Shown here: one piece after another, positions 1 through 11,821 of the stretch | How the letters are laid out: each line of letters starts with the position of its first letter | How positions within the stretch are numbered: the first letter of the stretch is position 1 | Origin: an uncultured Phycisphaerales bacterium | Lineage (GTDB): Bacteria > Planctomycetota > Phycisphaerae > Tepidisphaerales > Tepidisphaeraceae | Direction of reading: 5' to 3' | Length of the DNA stretch: 64,000 nt | Assembly: GCA_963792535.1 (NCBI GenBank) | Contig: CAWBWQ010000001.1 | Location: 96,001-160,000 of the forward strand | The notes under the pieces: generated by a model | What the model was told of the DNA's origin: nothing | What the model saw: only the letters and a program-made list of their open reading frames with translations | Databases searched by the model: none | Made by a program: the position numbers and the translations under genes

Positions 1-1
1 A

Positions 2-2544
2 AGCTGGAGCGCCTGCCTGCTTATCTTGCTTTCACCCCTATCTTTGTTCGGTCAAGCCAAACCTTCATTCGTGGAAGGTTATCATGGCGGTGTTGAAGGA
101 CATTTTCCAAGCGGCACGTTGCAGTTTTTCGTGGATACCATGCGACGCACGCCGGACTGGAAATTGAACCTTGAAATCGAACCCGCGACCTGGGAATCGG
201 AAAGGCAAAAAGAACCCGATGCCTACAACAGTTTCCAACAACTATATAAAGATGCCCCTGATCGCATTGAATTCGTTTCCGGCGTGTACGGGCAAACCTA
301 CTTCTGGAATATCGATGGGGAAAGCCTTATTCGCCAGTTTATTTATGGTATGGAAACCATCCATAACCATTTCCCCAGTGCAGTTATAAAAACTTATTCC
401 CCCGAGGAGCCTTGCTGGACAAGTGCTATGCCCCAAATCCTGAAGTCTCTGGGGATGTCTTACGCGGTCCTTAAAAACCCGAATACCACCTGGGGCGGAT
501 ATTGCGTCGGCAAAGATGCTGAAGTGCTGAACTGGATCGGGCCTGACGGGTCGTCAATCCCAACAGTTCCGCGCTATGTCGGCGAGGCCGCGATTGGCAC
601 CCGGGCGACGATAGCCAGTCTTAACACGACAGCTTATATCCAGAGCGCGAGAGATGCCGGGATACTCCACCCGGTTGGGATGTGTTTGCAAGATGCCGGG
701 AGGATGGCCGGTCCCACGCCGCTCGGGGTGCCCTCCACGTATCGGACATGGACGGAGTATTTCGAAAAAGTCGCCATCAAGCCCACAGTAGACTGGCATT
801 TTTCGCAAGAGGATATCCGCGTCAGTCTTATGTGGGGCGCGCAGGTGCTGCAGAGAGTTGCCCAGGACGTCCGCGGGGCCGAAAACAAGCTGGTGGCCAC
901 CGAAAAAGCTTCGGCGCTGGCGGTATTGTTGGCCGGCGGGCAATGGCATGACGCCGACCTTCGCGATGCCTGGCGAACCCTTTTGCTTTCCCAGCACCAC
1001 GATTGCTGGATCGTCCCTATGAACCGCCATCCCGCGGGCACATGGGCCCAACAGGTGAGAACGGTTTGGGTCGCGAACACGCAAACAAAATGCAATAACA
1101 TCCAAAGCGAGGCCTTGGAAAAACTGGCTGCGGGAAGCGGACCTGCCGACGGAAACCGTTATATCCGGATCGTGAACACGGTCAGCGCCGACCGCAGCGA
1201 TATCGTTTCCGTGCCGCTGCCTTCCGGTTGGGGATCCAGGTACGCGAAGGTGTTCAACGCGCAGGGCCAGGAAGTGCCTTGCCAGGTCAGCGGCACCTCA
1301 TCACCAGAACTCGTCTTCAATGCGGCGACCCCGTCGCTCGGGTATTCCACCTACCGGATCGAGCCATCCGCAACGGCGCCGAAAGATTCCGGGCGCGGGC
1401 CAGCGTCCAATCCAACGGGGCAACAGTGATCGAGACCGATTTGTACAAAATCACCCTCGATCCCTCCCGAGGCGGAACGATCAGCAGCCTCTACGCCAAA
1501 GCCTTACAACGCGAATTCGTGGATGCGTCGAGCCCGCGGCGATTTAACGAATACCGGGGGCATCTCTATACCGGCACGTGGATAAGCAGCGCGGATGCGC
1601 CCGCAACCATCCAGATCGTCGAAAATGGGCCGGTGCGCGTAATCGTAACGGCAAGCGGAAAAATAGACTTCCATCCGTTCGTATCAACATTGACGCTGGT
1701 ACAGGGACAGAAACGCATCGACTTGAAGGTGCATATCGATTGGTCAGGCAATCCGCAAATCGGAGAGACCTGGAGCCCTAAGATTGTCTCCTCAGCTATG
1801 TCCAAGCCCTTCTACAATGACCGGTACAAATTACAGGCCATTTTCCCTTCCGCGCTTTCCGGACCCGTGGTACTGAATAAAAATGCTGCTTTCGATGTGT
1901 GCAAGAGCGCCAACGTCGATACGTTTTTCGACAGGTGGGATTCGATCAAGCACAATATCATAGTCAACTGGTTGGATATAAACGACGCTGCTGGAGCCTA
2001 CGGCTTGACACTCATGAGCGATCACACAACCAGCTATGCATTTGGGCCGAAGGATCCGCTCGGACTGGTGCTCGCTTACAGCGGGCAGGGATTATGGGAC
2101 AAAAACTATATCATCGCCGGACCTACGGAGGTGCGCTACTGCCTGATCCCCCATGCCGGTACATGGGACCAGGCGCACGCCTGGAACGAGCACTACCGCT
2201 GGAGCGAACCGCTGCTCGCAAGGATGATGGCCGCGCCACCGGAAGGGAACAGGGACAAGTCCATGGTAAGGACGGCAACGGGGACTTATGTTCCCACGCT
2301 TCTCATGGATGGCGGGAACATGCTGCTGCGCTTATTCAATGGCGAAGGCGATGCGCAAGAACAAACCGTGGAGCTCGGATTTGTCCCATCGGCCGCCAGT
2401 CTCGTCGAGCTAGATGGCAGGGTGATTTCGCCTGTCAGCGTCGTTCCCGACAAACAGCGGACATCCTCTATCATTAAACTATCGATACCCCGCTTCGGCG
2501 TGCGCACCCTGAAACTGGCGGTTTCAGTTAGAGGGCCAAGCTAA
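2..2544 (+). CDS. Secreted glycoside hydrolase family 38-like (alpha-mannosidase-type) protein; 5' end probably upstream of the window; apparent frameshift ~1385-1400
   Basis: ORFs 26..1429 and 1228..2544 join into one GH38-like protein (middle domain LLLSQHHDCW, C-terminal beta domain ending IPRFGVRTL). The frame is open from base 2 with a hydrophobic signal-like stretch. Confidence 0.7.
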
Positions 2545-2806
2545 ACAGCACGGACAAATTAGACGGCACTCGTTTGAACAGCGTTCAGTTAAGCTCTAAA
2601 CACCTTGTTTAAGCCTTTCGGCGATGATCCTCGTCAAGACCATTCGCCCCGAAGATACGAAAATTGGCATGATTACGCGTGACGGACGATTCGCGTGACC
2701 CCGTGCTTTAAACGTCAGGCTCGATGACGTGTGTCTACCAATTGAACCTTTTCTTGCCTTCCGCTGGCATCAAGGTTTTCGACTTCGGGCTTGCAGAACC
2801 CAAGTG

Positions 2807-3370
2807 CTAAGGGTGGAATTTGATGCCTTGATCCATCATCTCAAGGATCGCCTTAAGACGCTTTTCTCGCGTTTCCGCTTTCTTCGCTGTTTGAAGACGG
2901 TAGACAATCGAATAAATGTTCGCCCGGTTCAATGTGCCGAAAAAGGCCTTAGCCTTTGCATTCTTCTCCAGTTCTTTGAGTAAATCTTCAGGAACCGCGG
3001 CGCTGCCATGAGAATCGTATGCGGCAAGCCAGCGACCATCTGCCTTCGCCGCGTCGATCGCTTTCAGTCCCGACGGCGTCATCATCCCCGATTTGATGAG
3101 TCTTTCGCAGTGCTGGGTATTGATTTTGGACCACTGGCTCTTCGACTTTCTGGGGGTGAATCTTTGAATCCAGAAGTGTTCGTCCAAGGGCTTTTTCTGA
3201 CCATCGATCCAGCCAAAACAAAGCACCTGGTCCAACGCCTCCGCATAGGTAAGCGATTTGACCGGGCAGCCCTTTTTAGCAAAACGTAACCAGATCGCTT
3301 CTACAGAGGCATGATGTTTTTCCAACCAACTGCGAAATGCCAGCGAGGATTTAAAATGCAAAGTCTCCAT
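2807..3370 (-). CDS. YdeI/OmpD-associated family protein
   Basis: FRSWLEKHH, ALDQVLCFGWIDG, RFTPRKSKSQWSKIN and AKKAETREKR motifs. Confidence 0.9.
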   Translation of the reverse strand: METLHFKSSLAFRSWLEKHHASVEAIWLRFAKKGCPVKSLTYAEALDQVLCFGWIDGQKKPLDEHFWIQRFTPRKSKSQWSKINTQHCERLIKSGMMTPSGLKAIDAAKADGRWLAAYDSHGSAAVPEDLLKELEKNAKAKAFFGTLNRANIYSIVYRLQTAKKAETREKRLKAILEMMDQGIKFHP

Positions 3371-3466
3371 ACGACGATTGTCCCCGTACCGTGACCACGA
3401 AGATCGTTAACATTTTCGAATTGCGCGTTTAAGTGACGACAGCGGCGCACCGATGAGCAGCAGACG

Positions 3467-3802
3467 TTAACCTCTCTTTCTTCCGTGTTTTTTGTCTAAA
3501 TGCTTTTCAAGGGCATCGAGTCGTCCGCTCCAATACGCTTCAAATGTTTCTGCCCAACTCGCCACCTCCCGAAGAGGGTCTGCCTGGAGATGGTAAATTC
3601 GTTGTCTTCCTTCTCGTCGCTCTGAAACCAGATCAGCATCTTTTAGAATTTTAAGCTGCTGCGAAACGGCGGCGAACGAAACGCCGAACGGTTCCGCCAA
3701 ATCACTGGCGCGTTTATCGCCACCTTTCAATAAAAGGAGGATCGTTCGCCTCGTGGGATGGGCAATTGCGTGAAAAATGTCATTCTGTTGAACAGGCCGC
3801 AT
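3467..3802 (-). CDS. ArsR/SmtB family transcriptional regulator
   Basis: FHAIAHPTRRTIL...AVSQQLKILKDADLV...GRQRIY winged HTH. Confidence 0.9.
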   Translation of the reverse strand: MRPVQQNDIFHAIAHPTRRTILLLLKGGDKRASDLAEPFGVSFAAVSQQLKILKDADLVSERREGRQRIYHLQADPLREVASWAETFEAYWSGRLDALEKHLDKKHGRKRG

Positions 3803-4351
3803 CTATTCTTTCTTCCACGACGGGTAAAAGCTTTGAACCTCAACAAATCGGCTTTGCCAGTCGGGCAGGGGATTTCGATTTAGTTGAGCCTCCAATCGAT
3901 CTAAGAGCACATGGGTGCCCGGAGCAAAACCAAGCGAAGTTCGTCTCGTAATGTTTCGATATGTAACGAGCAAGAGTGTAGAATCCGGCAGTGGAATAAG
4001 CTCCCATCGGAAGATGGCATTTTCGCCAAAAGGCATCTGGGGTACGGGTTCAACCTTCCATTCATATTCGAAAATGCGTGGAGGCTCCCATTTCAAGATC
4101 TTTCCTTTTACATGGAACTGTGCCGGGCCTGAGATCATTTCAATGCTGCCTCCCGGCCGCCCGTCAATTTGAGCCGAAGTGCACATCAGCCATTCTTCAA
4201 GCTCCTTTGGGTCGGTAATCGCATTCCACACAAGCTCGGGAGCATGTTTAAACGTACGCTTGAAAGCGATTGTTGCGTAATCTCCTTCAAGCGACACCTT
4301 TCCCCTACGGGATTCGTCATCTGCAACTCCACTCATTGTCTTCTCCTTCAA
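3803..4351 (-). CDS. SRPBCC (AHSA1/START-like) domain protein
   Basis: RTFKHAPELVWNAITDPKELEEW motif; adjacent to ArsR. Confidence 0.85.
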   Translation of the reverse strand: MKEKTMSGVADDESRRGKVSLEGDYATIAFKRTFKHAPELVWNAITDPKELEEWLMCTSAQIDGRPGGSIEMISGPAQFHVKGKILKWEPPRIFEYEWKVEPVPQMPFGENAIFRWELIPLPDSTLLLVTYRNITRRTSLGFAPGTHVLLDRLEAQLNRNPLPDWQSRFVEVQSFYPSWKKE

Positions 4352-4908
4352 ACTGGCTCGTAGGATAGAAAAACCTTGCCATTGCGAAATGTGCGTGAGT
4401 TAACCAGCTTCATGCGAAGCGGGTGATCCAGTCCATCGAACATTGTCCGTCCTCGCCCGAGCACAATGGGAATCTGCACAAACTGATATTCGTCGATTAC
4501 ACCTTGGGTCGACAATTGGGAAACAATCGTGCCGCTCCCCATGATGACCAGACCCGGTCCGGACTCTGCTTTCAATTTCCGTATTTCCGCTAACAAGTCA
4601 CGCTTTGCCAGCCGTGCGTTGGTCCACGCCAACTTTTTGAGAGTCTTTGAAAACACGACCTTCTCAAGATTGTTCATCCGCTCCGCTACGACGGGAAGCA
4701 TTTGCTGCGCTTGCGGCGTAGGCCAGAAACCAGCCATCAGTTCATAGGTGACTCGCCCAAAGATGAGCGTTCCACCCCCCTTGGCGTTTTCCGTCGTGAA
4801 GGCATTGAATTCATCATCGTTGCCAGCCTTGGCCCAGCTCATATCGCCGTTTTGATCGACAAAAAAGCCGTCGAGCGATATCTGATTGAATACAACAAGT
4901 CTCCGCAT
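4348..4908 (-). CDS. Dihydrofolate reductase family (RibD C-terminal-like) protein
   Basis: ISLDGF, GRVTYE, GSGTIV and PIVLGRG motifs; AGGAG upstream of ATG 4908. Confidence 0.9.
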   Translation of the reverse strand: MRRLVVFNQISLDGFFVDQNGDMSWAKAGNDDEFNAFTTENAKGGGTLIFGRVTYELMAGFWPTPQAQQMLPVVAERMNNLEKVVFSKTLKKLAWTNARLAKRDLLAEIRKLKAESGPGLVIMGSGTIVSQLSTQGVIDEYQFVQIPIVLGRGRTMFDGLDHPLRMKLVNSRTFRNGKVFLSYEPV

Positions 4909-4934
4909 AGCTGTCTCCTGGATAAGAAACATAA

Positions 4935-4980
4935 TTAAGCAATAGCTTAAACGATAAAAGTGACTTTAGTTATTGCTTAA
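4935..4980. promoter_or_regulatory. Two palindromic operator-like boxes upstream of the DHFR-SRPBCC-ArsR operon
   Basis: TTAAGC-AATA-GCTTAA (4935-4950) and an inverted near-copy TTTAGT-TATT-GCTTAA (4965-4980). Confidence 0.6.
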
Positions 4981-5003
4981 ATGAATGCAAGGGGAGCGTT
5001 CAC

Positions 5004-5252
5004 TTGATGGCGTACATTTTTAAACTGCGCGAACACGGTGATGGGTATGAGATTCCAGTGGAGCGAGCCGGCCTTACTTATAACGGTGCTAAAGGATTCT
5101 GGACGAGCCATGATTTGGACTGGCCCGTGTACGCATCCCATGAGTCATCGATTACCTTTGGAAGCCATTGGCTCGTAGAAAAAATGCGAGCCGCGCTTCC
5201 GGAGTTTGATCGCTACATCTACAAGGGTTGGGATCGCGCAGCGTACGCATAG
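5004..5252 (+). pseudogene. Probable 5'-truncated hypothetical protein fragment
   Basis: Protein-like C-terminal sequence (FWTSHDLDWPVYASHESSITFG) without a convincing N-terminus. Confidence 0.35.
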
Positions 5253-5404
5253 GGCCAGAAGTTCAAATCCCGTGAGTTACTCATCGTAACTTCTGATTTT
5301 CTGAAGTCGGCTGCGATAAAGATTGAACTGATAAAAATATTGCAATGCGATGCGAATCAGTGAGATAGAAGTTTGCTTGCGCCAAAACAAATTTCGGTCT
5401 AACC

Positions 5405-5456
5405 AAATCGGGGTGACAAGACACAAGTTGAACTTTTCTGCGTTTGTGCTCCAAAA
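5405..5456. repeat. att-like copy of the tRNA-Pro 3' end (copy 1)
   Basis: AAATCGGGGTGACAAGA (5405-5421) is identical to 12632-12648; the next ~35 bp resemble 8900-8940. Confidence 0.75.
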
Positions 5457-5642
5457 TTCCAGATTTACATGCCCCTTTGCCGAGACACCGCTCTGCCGGC
5501 GACGCGGCAACGGAGAAGGTTGCTAAAAGGCGAGTGTTAAGGTCTGTCCCATTTGCGCCGAGTAACCCCGTATATGCTCACAATGGGTCGAAGTTCGACC
5601 ATGGGCAGATAATCGCAGACGTAACAGAAACCCGTGTGTTAA

Positions 5643-8600
5643 ATGCGTACTCAGTTTATTAGGCGTTTGGCCGTCCTCCCTGACATCAAGTCGCTCTCAG
5701 CGTCGACTCGCAGGCAGCGTTCGATCCCGCGATCGCCAGTCGAATTGCTTGAGCGGCGGCGGCTGTTGTCGACCGTCACGGTCACATCGGGCGCTGATGC
5801 AATCGATTACTCCTCGTCGGTGACAATCACTCAGTTGAACAGCACACCGGTGACATTGCGAGATGCGATCAATGCTGCCAACAACACGGGGGGGAATAAC
5901 ACGATTGTTTTTGATTCGAGCCTGGCAAGCAGCACCATCAGTATCGGCAGCACCGGCGACGGCACATTCGGTCCTTCTGCATTTGCCGTCAGGAGCCAGA
6001 TCACGATTGACGGGGCAGCTGCGCCGGGGCTGGTCATCGCTCGCAACACGGGCACCACGGGTTCTGGACTTCGCCTGTTTTATGTCACTAGCGCCGGGAA
6101 TCTTACGCTGGAAAATCTGACGGTCAGCAATGGTCTGGCCCTGGGCGGAAGCAGCGGAGACGGCGCAGGGGCCGCCGGCCTCGGGGGATCGATCGTTAAT
6201 GCGGGCACGCTTACGGTGGTGCAGGACACCTTCAGCGGCAATCGGGCCGTTGGGGGAATTGGTTGTACCCTTTCCAACAGTCAAGGTGGAGGTGGACTTG
6301 GAGGTCCATCCACCGGGACCAGCGGTGGAGGTCCTAACGGCGGGGGTTACAATGGTAACGGGAACGGATTCAGCGGTGGATTTGGCGGGGGTGGCGGACT
6401 TGGTTATACCGGTGGTGGGGTAGGAGGTTTTGGCGGCGGGGGTGGTGCAGGAGCAGGAACAAACGGCGGGAACGGTGGATTCGGCGGCGGTGGCGCGTAT
6501 CCATCTGGCACCGCAGGATTCGGCGGGGGCAGCAGCAGTGGCGGTGGCGCGGGGCTGGGTGGCGCAATCTTCAACTATGGCGGAAGCGTCACGATTGCCA
6601 ACTCCACGTTCGCAACCAACTCCGCTATTGGTGGCGCCGCTCGGAATCTCGGCACGGCGGGCCGTGGCCTAGGTGGCGCGATCTTCAACCTTAACGGATC
6701 TGTTCTGGTCACCAACACCACGCTTGCTTACAACTCCGCTACTAGTGGTGGCGCTATCTACAGCCTGGGTGATAATGGTGTCGCCACCCAGAGCGGGCCG
6801 GCACTGCCCCACACCGCCGCCACGGTAATCCTGAACAATTCGATCCTGGCCGAATCCAGCGGCGGGAACGACTTCATTCAAAACACCAATGATTCGTCCG
6901 GTACAGGAACCAAAAGTGGAACCGTCTCCAGCAGCGGCACGAGCAACATCATTCAGACCGCAGCGTCAGGCGCGAACGGGTTTGGCGGCACTGCGGTCAG
7001 CGCCAACCCGTTGCTCGCCGGCGGTGCGGTTGCGAGCTACGGAGGCCCGTCACAAACCTTCGCGCTGCTCCCGGGCAGTCCCGCCATCGATGCTGGCACT
7101 GATTCACTGGCGGTTCTTAACGGAGTTGCGCTCAGCACCGACCAGTGCGGCAACAACCGCATGCAGAACGTCAGTGTCGATATCGGCGCGTTCGAATGCT
7201 CCGGATTTACAATCACAGTCACAGGCGGAAATAATCAGGTCGCCCAAGCAGGACACGCGTTTGCCTCCTCACTGGCGGTGAATGTGACATCCAACGGGCG
7301 AAGCATAAACCTGGCCGGCGCGGCAATCACTTTCACCGCGCCTTCCACCGGCGCAAGCGCCACTTTTGCAAGCAATCCCATCGCGCTCAACAGCAGTGGT
7401 GGCGGTACCGTGGTGGCAACGGCCAACAGCACGGCCGGAGACTACACCGTCAGCGTATCCGGCGCGGGCATTACTGCTCCTGCTTCGTTTTCGGTCAGCA
7501 ACGTCATTGCGCCGGTGATCATAACTAATCCTTTGTCGCAATCGGTCGCAGCCTTTCAAAGCGTTACGTTGTTCACCGCTGCTCTAGGATCTCCCAGCCC
7601 GACGGTGCAATGGGAAATGAGCACTGACGGCGGAACCACTTTCACCGCAATAGCCAATGTCACGACTGCCACGCTGACCGTTACCGTCTCGGGAACGCAA
7701 AATGGGAACCAATACCGAGCGGTATTCAGCAACGACGGCGGAACCACTACAACAACCGCGGCAACTCTCACCGTGACCCGGCTGGTGCCCACCCTGACCA
7801 TTACCGGGGGCGGTGTGTATAGCGGTTCCGCCTGCAGCGCTAGTTCGACCATCACAGGCGCGGGATCGGGAGCGATGCCGGCACATCCCTGGAAGGCGTT
7901 TCTCCAGACATATCGTACTACAGCGGCTCTACTGCAACCGGTACTCCGTTATTGGGGGCACCGATTGATGCTGGCACCTACACCGCATTGGCCAGCTTTG
8001 CAGGCAGCGCTGACTATCTACCACTCGCAACGGCGACGACGTTTCAGATTGCACCGGGCATTGTAGTCGTGAACGTCAGCAGTCTGACGGTCACGTACAA
8101 CGGTGCTTTGCAACCCGCAACAGACGTAACGCTACAGCCAGAGCCTTCGAGCCCCATCAACCTTGCCTCGCTGCTGCAATTGTCATATCAAAACAATTTG
8201 ACCGGTGTGATAACCAATACTGCCCCAGTTGATCCAGGAACCTACGCGATACTGGCGAGTTTTTCCGGGAATCTGAATTATAGCCCCATTGCATTGTTCA
8301 ATACAGGTCATACCGTGGCGATCAGTCCCTTTGCGATGCTTGCCAGTCCGGTCATTACACAGCGGATGCCGCGCGCGCACATTCCTGGGAAAGCTTGCGA
8401 CTACCAGCCAAATCAAGGGAGGCGCTATAACCATCCAATTTGCCGGCATCACACGCAAATTAAAGATTACCAGGCAAGGCACATTTTCCACCAAACTCTT
8501 TACAGGCAAGCTTCCGGTCGGAACTTATAACGTCGTCTACACCTATTCCAACCCAGGTAGATTCGCGACGAGCAGTTGGACCGCTACGCTTACCGTCCAC

Positions 8601-8648
8601 GCCAAGTTGCCTAAACTTCATCCTCATCGTCGTAAACATACCACTTGA
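5643..8648 (+). CDS. Large secreted/surface protein: LEPR-XLL-type leader, Gly-rich beta-helix with choice-of-anchor Q-like motif, Ig-like domains; apparent frameshifts ~7880 and ~8365
   Basis: LLERRRLLS; TLRDAINAAN; YGGPSQTFALLPGSPAIDAG...TDQ...VDIGAFE; PSPTVQWEMSTDGG...GNQYRAVFSN; continues in ORFs 7952..8530 and 8289..8648. Confidence 0.75.
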
Positions 8649-8773
8649 TCAAAGTAGTAGCCGCGAGGGAAATTCACGGCACGAAATGAAATGTTGTCCG
8701 CAAAATCCACAGCCCTTTGGTAGACCTGAAGATTCTCGAACATGAAAGCGATCGTAATCGGCAAAAAGTAGAC

Positions 8774-8853
8774 GAGCAGGAGAACAGGTGAGCAGGAGAC
8801 CGCAGTGGGACATCGGGACTTTGGTGTCTTTCCTGCCTCCTGATCTTCTGTTC
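8774..8853. repeat. Inverted octamer tandem repeat (REP/STRR-like)
   Basis: GAGCAGGA-GAACAGGT-GAGCAGGA ... TCCTGCC-TCCTGATC-TTCTGTTC. Confidence 0.45.
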
Positions 8854-8881
8854 TACTTCTCCACTACTCTATTTTTGCGCT

Positions 8882-8940
8882 AGCAAAAATCGGGGTGACG
8901 GGACACCAGTCGAACTTTTTCTGCATTTTCTGCTCAGAAA
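8882..8940. repeat. att-like copy of the tRNA-Pro 3' end (copy 2)
   Basis: AGCAAAAATCGGGGTGAC (8882-8899) is identical to 12627-12644. Confidence 0.75.
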
Positions 8941-8985
8941 TGAAGTTGTTGGGCGGGCTAGTTTTCAACCCGCCGTTGCAAAAGT

Positions 8986-9928
8986 TCATCGGACTGACGC
9001 GCTGACCGCGCGTTGAATGACCTGTGGTGGCTGTCCGAATGCCCGCATGAACGAACGCCGCATTCGCTCGCGGTTTCCAAAGCCGTTTTTGCGGGCAATT
9101 TCCTCGGCGGAAAAACGGCCGGACTCCATCATCAGTTTCGCGGATTCCACACGCAGCCGCTCGATCGCCTTTGCGGGTGACTGCCCGGTTTCTTCCGCAA
9201 ACAGTCGGCTGAATTGCCGCGGACTCACAAAGGCCGCGGTTGCCAGTTCCTCAACCGACAGACGCTTACTCAAATTCTGTTTCGCGTAAGTGAGGGCGGA
9301 TTGCACACGATCGGATGTTGCGTCCAGATCAAGCAATGTCGAGTGCTGCGACTGTCCGCCCGCTCGACGGTGATAGACGACCAGTATCTTGGCGATCAAA
9401 CGAGCGAAGTCCGCCGCCAAGGTCATCCTCCACCAAAGCCAGCGCCAGGTCTACCCCGGCGCTCATACCGGCCGAGGTCCATATTGGCCCGTCTTTCGTG
9501 AAGATTCGATCCTCCTCGACGACGATTTTGGGATAGTCACGTTGCATCTTGCTTGCATGGTACCAGTGGGTGGTCGCCCGCTTGCCGTCGAGCAATCCCG
9601 CTTCGGCGAGCATGAGCGCACCGGTGCAGATCGAAGCGATGCGCCGGGTTCGATGAACGGCCGACCGAAGATAATTTAACAACCCCGGTGTCGCTGCCGG
9701 TGCCGCAATGCCGCCGGCGACGAGGATCGTGTCAAACGTGCGGCGTCGGAAGGACGAGGTCTCAATCTTATCTCCAAGCGACGTGGCTACCGGGCCGCCG
9801 TGCTCCGAAAGCAGCGTGACTTCATACGCCGCCGACCCCATCTTCCAATTGGCGGTTTCGAAAACGCTGGTGGCAGCAAAATTCATCGGGGAGAAAGCAG
9901 GATAGATGATGAAGCCGACTTTTTGCAT
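8986..9928 (-). CDS. GlxA-family regulator (DJ-1/PfpI + AraC HTH); apparent frameshift ~9415
   Basis: ASICTGA, ATTHW and WTSAGMSAG in 9329..9928; RRAGGQSQ and the AraC HTH in 8986..9426. Confidence 0.85.
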
Positions 9929-10090
9929 GTAATTGTGCGTCAGCGTAACCCACGGCTACCGAATGTCCTAAAACGCTGGATATCTGTCGTACTCCTCACT
10001 TGCTGGTGGTCTAGGGTATGTGGCAGACCGGCATCCTCGGTGGCCCTGCCGCTGGGCCGGTCCAGGTTGGAAACGAACGGAAGCAATCAA

Positions 10091-10966
10091 ATGACTGATA
10101 AAAAGATCCTGATTACGGGCGCAACAGGGGCGACCGGTGGAGCCGCGCTCAAGAAGCTTCTGGAACTCAAGGTACCGGTGAGAGCCTTTGTTCATCAAAA
10201 GGATGCGCGATCCGAGCAGTTGAGCGCCCAAGGCGTTGAAATTGTCTCGGGCGATTTGTCCGATTTCGAGGCGGTCAATGCTGCGCTGGACGGAATCACG
10301 GGGGCCTACTTCGTTTATCCCATTCAGGTGCCGGGCATTCTGGAGGCCACCGCTTTTTTCGCGCAGGCAGCTCTTGAACACGGCGTTCGCGGGATCGTGA
10401 ATATGTCGCAGATTACGGCGCGAAGGGATGCGAAAAGCCACGCCTCGCAGGGGCACTGGATTGCCGAGCGCCTATTGGATCGTTCGGGAATTGCGGTCAC
10501 GCACCTGCGACCCACTTTTTTTGCCGAATGGCTCATGTACCAACGGAAGGATATCAGCGAGCGGAACATTCTCCCGCTGCCTTTTGGTGATGTACGCTAC
10601 GCTCCCATCACAGGTGAAGATCAAGGGCGGGTTATCGCCGCGATTCTAAACAACCCGGCCCCTCACGCGGGAAAAACGTATCCCCTCTACGGCCCTAAGG
10701 AGCTAACCCAGTACGAAGTTGCCGAAATCCTTTCGCGTGTCCTCGGAAGGAAAATTACCTACGTTCCGATGGAAATCGAGGCTTTCAGGGTCGTGCTGAA
10801 GGACAGAGGATTCACGCCTCACTTTGTTCAACACATTGCGGCTGTCGCTCAGGATTGTCGGGACGGACTTTTTTCCGGAACGAACGATTGGGTGGCAACA
10901 CTCACGGGGCAAGAGCCACTCGAAATGGCGGACTACATCACCAGGAACAAGGTGATGTTCGGTTGA
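10091..10966 (+). CDS. NmrA family NAD(P)-binding protein
   Basis: ILITGATGATG Rossmann motif, THLRPTFFAE; divergent from the GlxA-type regulator. Confidence 0.85.
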   Translation: MTDKKILITGATGATGGAALKKLLELKVPVRAFVHQKDARSEQLSAQGVEIVSGDLSDFEAVNAALDGITGAYFVYPIQVPGILEATAFFAQAALEHGVRGIVNMSQITARRDAKSHASQGHWIAERLLDRSGIAVTHLRPTFFAEWLMYQRKDISERNILPLPFGDVRYAPITGEDQGRVIAAILNNPAPHAGKTYPLYGPKELTQYEVAEILSRVLGRKITYVPMEIEAFRVVLKDRGFTPHFVQHIAAVAQDCRDGLFSGTNDWVATLTGQEPLEMADYITRNKVMFG

Positions 10967-11054
10967 GTTTCGGGGATCGACTGGAGAAGCACATGAAGGC
11001 CGATCGGGCATTGGGCATGTTGATGCAGGCTAAATAACTACCTGGGATGTGGGA

Positions 11055-11762
11055 ATGACCGCTGCACTTTTTATTGGTTTTCTAGCCCTGATGGCAACAG
11101 TCGTGGTGGCACTTGTCCATCGCTATCTAAGTCCCCGCGTCGCGTTCGGCGTGGCGACCGGCTTAGTCATGTGGTTCATCTATGCCGGGCTGCTGGGATA
11201 TTTTGGTGTACTCAAAAACACCACGATGCGACCTCCGGGAATCGTCTTCGTCCTCGTACCGGTAATCGCATTCCTCATCGTTTTCATCGTGTTCGTCGTG
11301 CGATACTCCGCCGGCACGCGAGCTGCCTTGGTTTTCCCGGTCTGGATTATTCTCAGCACGCAGTGCTTTCGCGTCGGTGTCGAACTGTTCCTGCATCAGC
11401 TCTGGATCGACGGGCTCGTTCCCAAAATGCTGACATTCGCCGGCGCGAACATTGATATCTACATCGGCGCTTCCGCGCCTCTGATCGCTTGGCTTTCCAC
11501 GCGCGGGCAATCGGGTCTGCGGCTCGCGCTCGTCTGGAACCTGGTGGGCCTTCTCGCACTGGCGAATGTCGTGAGCCGCGCCGTGCTGACGGCCCCCGGT
11601 CTACTTAATTTAATCCACGTCGAAGTTCCCAACATGATGTTTGGCACCTTTCCATACATGTTTATCGCCGGTTTTTTCGTACCGTTGGCGGTGGTGCTTC
11701 ATGTGATTGCAATACGGGCCATCGCTGTTCGAAGCTTCGCAGGCCCCGAAGGAAACTTGTGA
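11055..11762 (+). CDS. Integral membrane hypothetical protein
   Basis: Several hydrophobic segments; QCFRVGVELFL, WNLVG and FVPLAVVLH motifs. Confidence 0.7.
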   Translation: MTAALFIGFLALMATVVVALVHRYLSPRVAFGVATGLVMWFIYAGLLGYFGVLKNTTMRPPGIVFVLVPVIAFLIVFIVFVVRYSAGTRAALVFPVWIILSTQCFRVGVELFLHQLWIDGLVPKMLTFAGANIDIYIGASAPLIAWLSTRGQSGLRLALVWNLVGLLALANVVSRAVLTAPGLLNLIHVEVPNMMFGTFPYMFIAGFFVPLAVVLHVIAIRAIAVRSFAGPEGNL

Positions 11763-11821
11763 TCCTAGAGTGTGAACTGATCCTGGCGGTGCCTTGATGT
11801 CCTATTTCTTGTGGAGTTACA

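Noticed and set aside
5255..5275. GTTCAAATCCC resembling a tRNA T-arm
   Set aside because: No acceptor, D or anticodon stems around it; too short to call an att site
6280..6570. GGC/GGT-rich repetitive DNA
   Set aside because: Explained by the Gly-rich coding region of the surface protein
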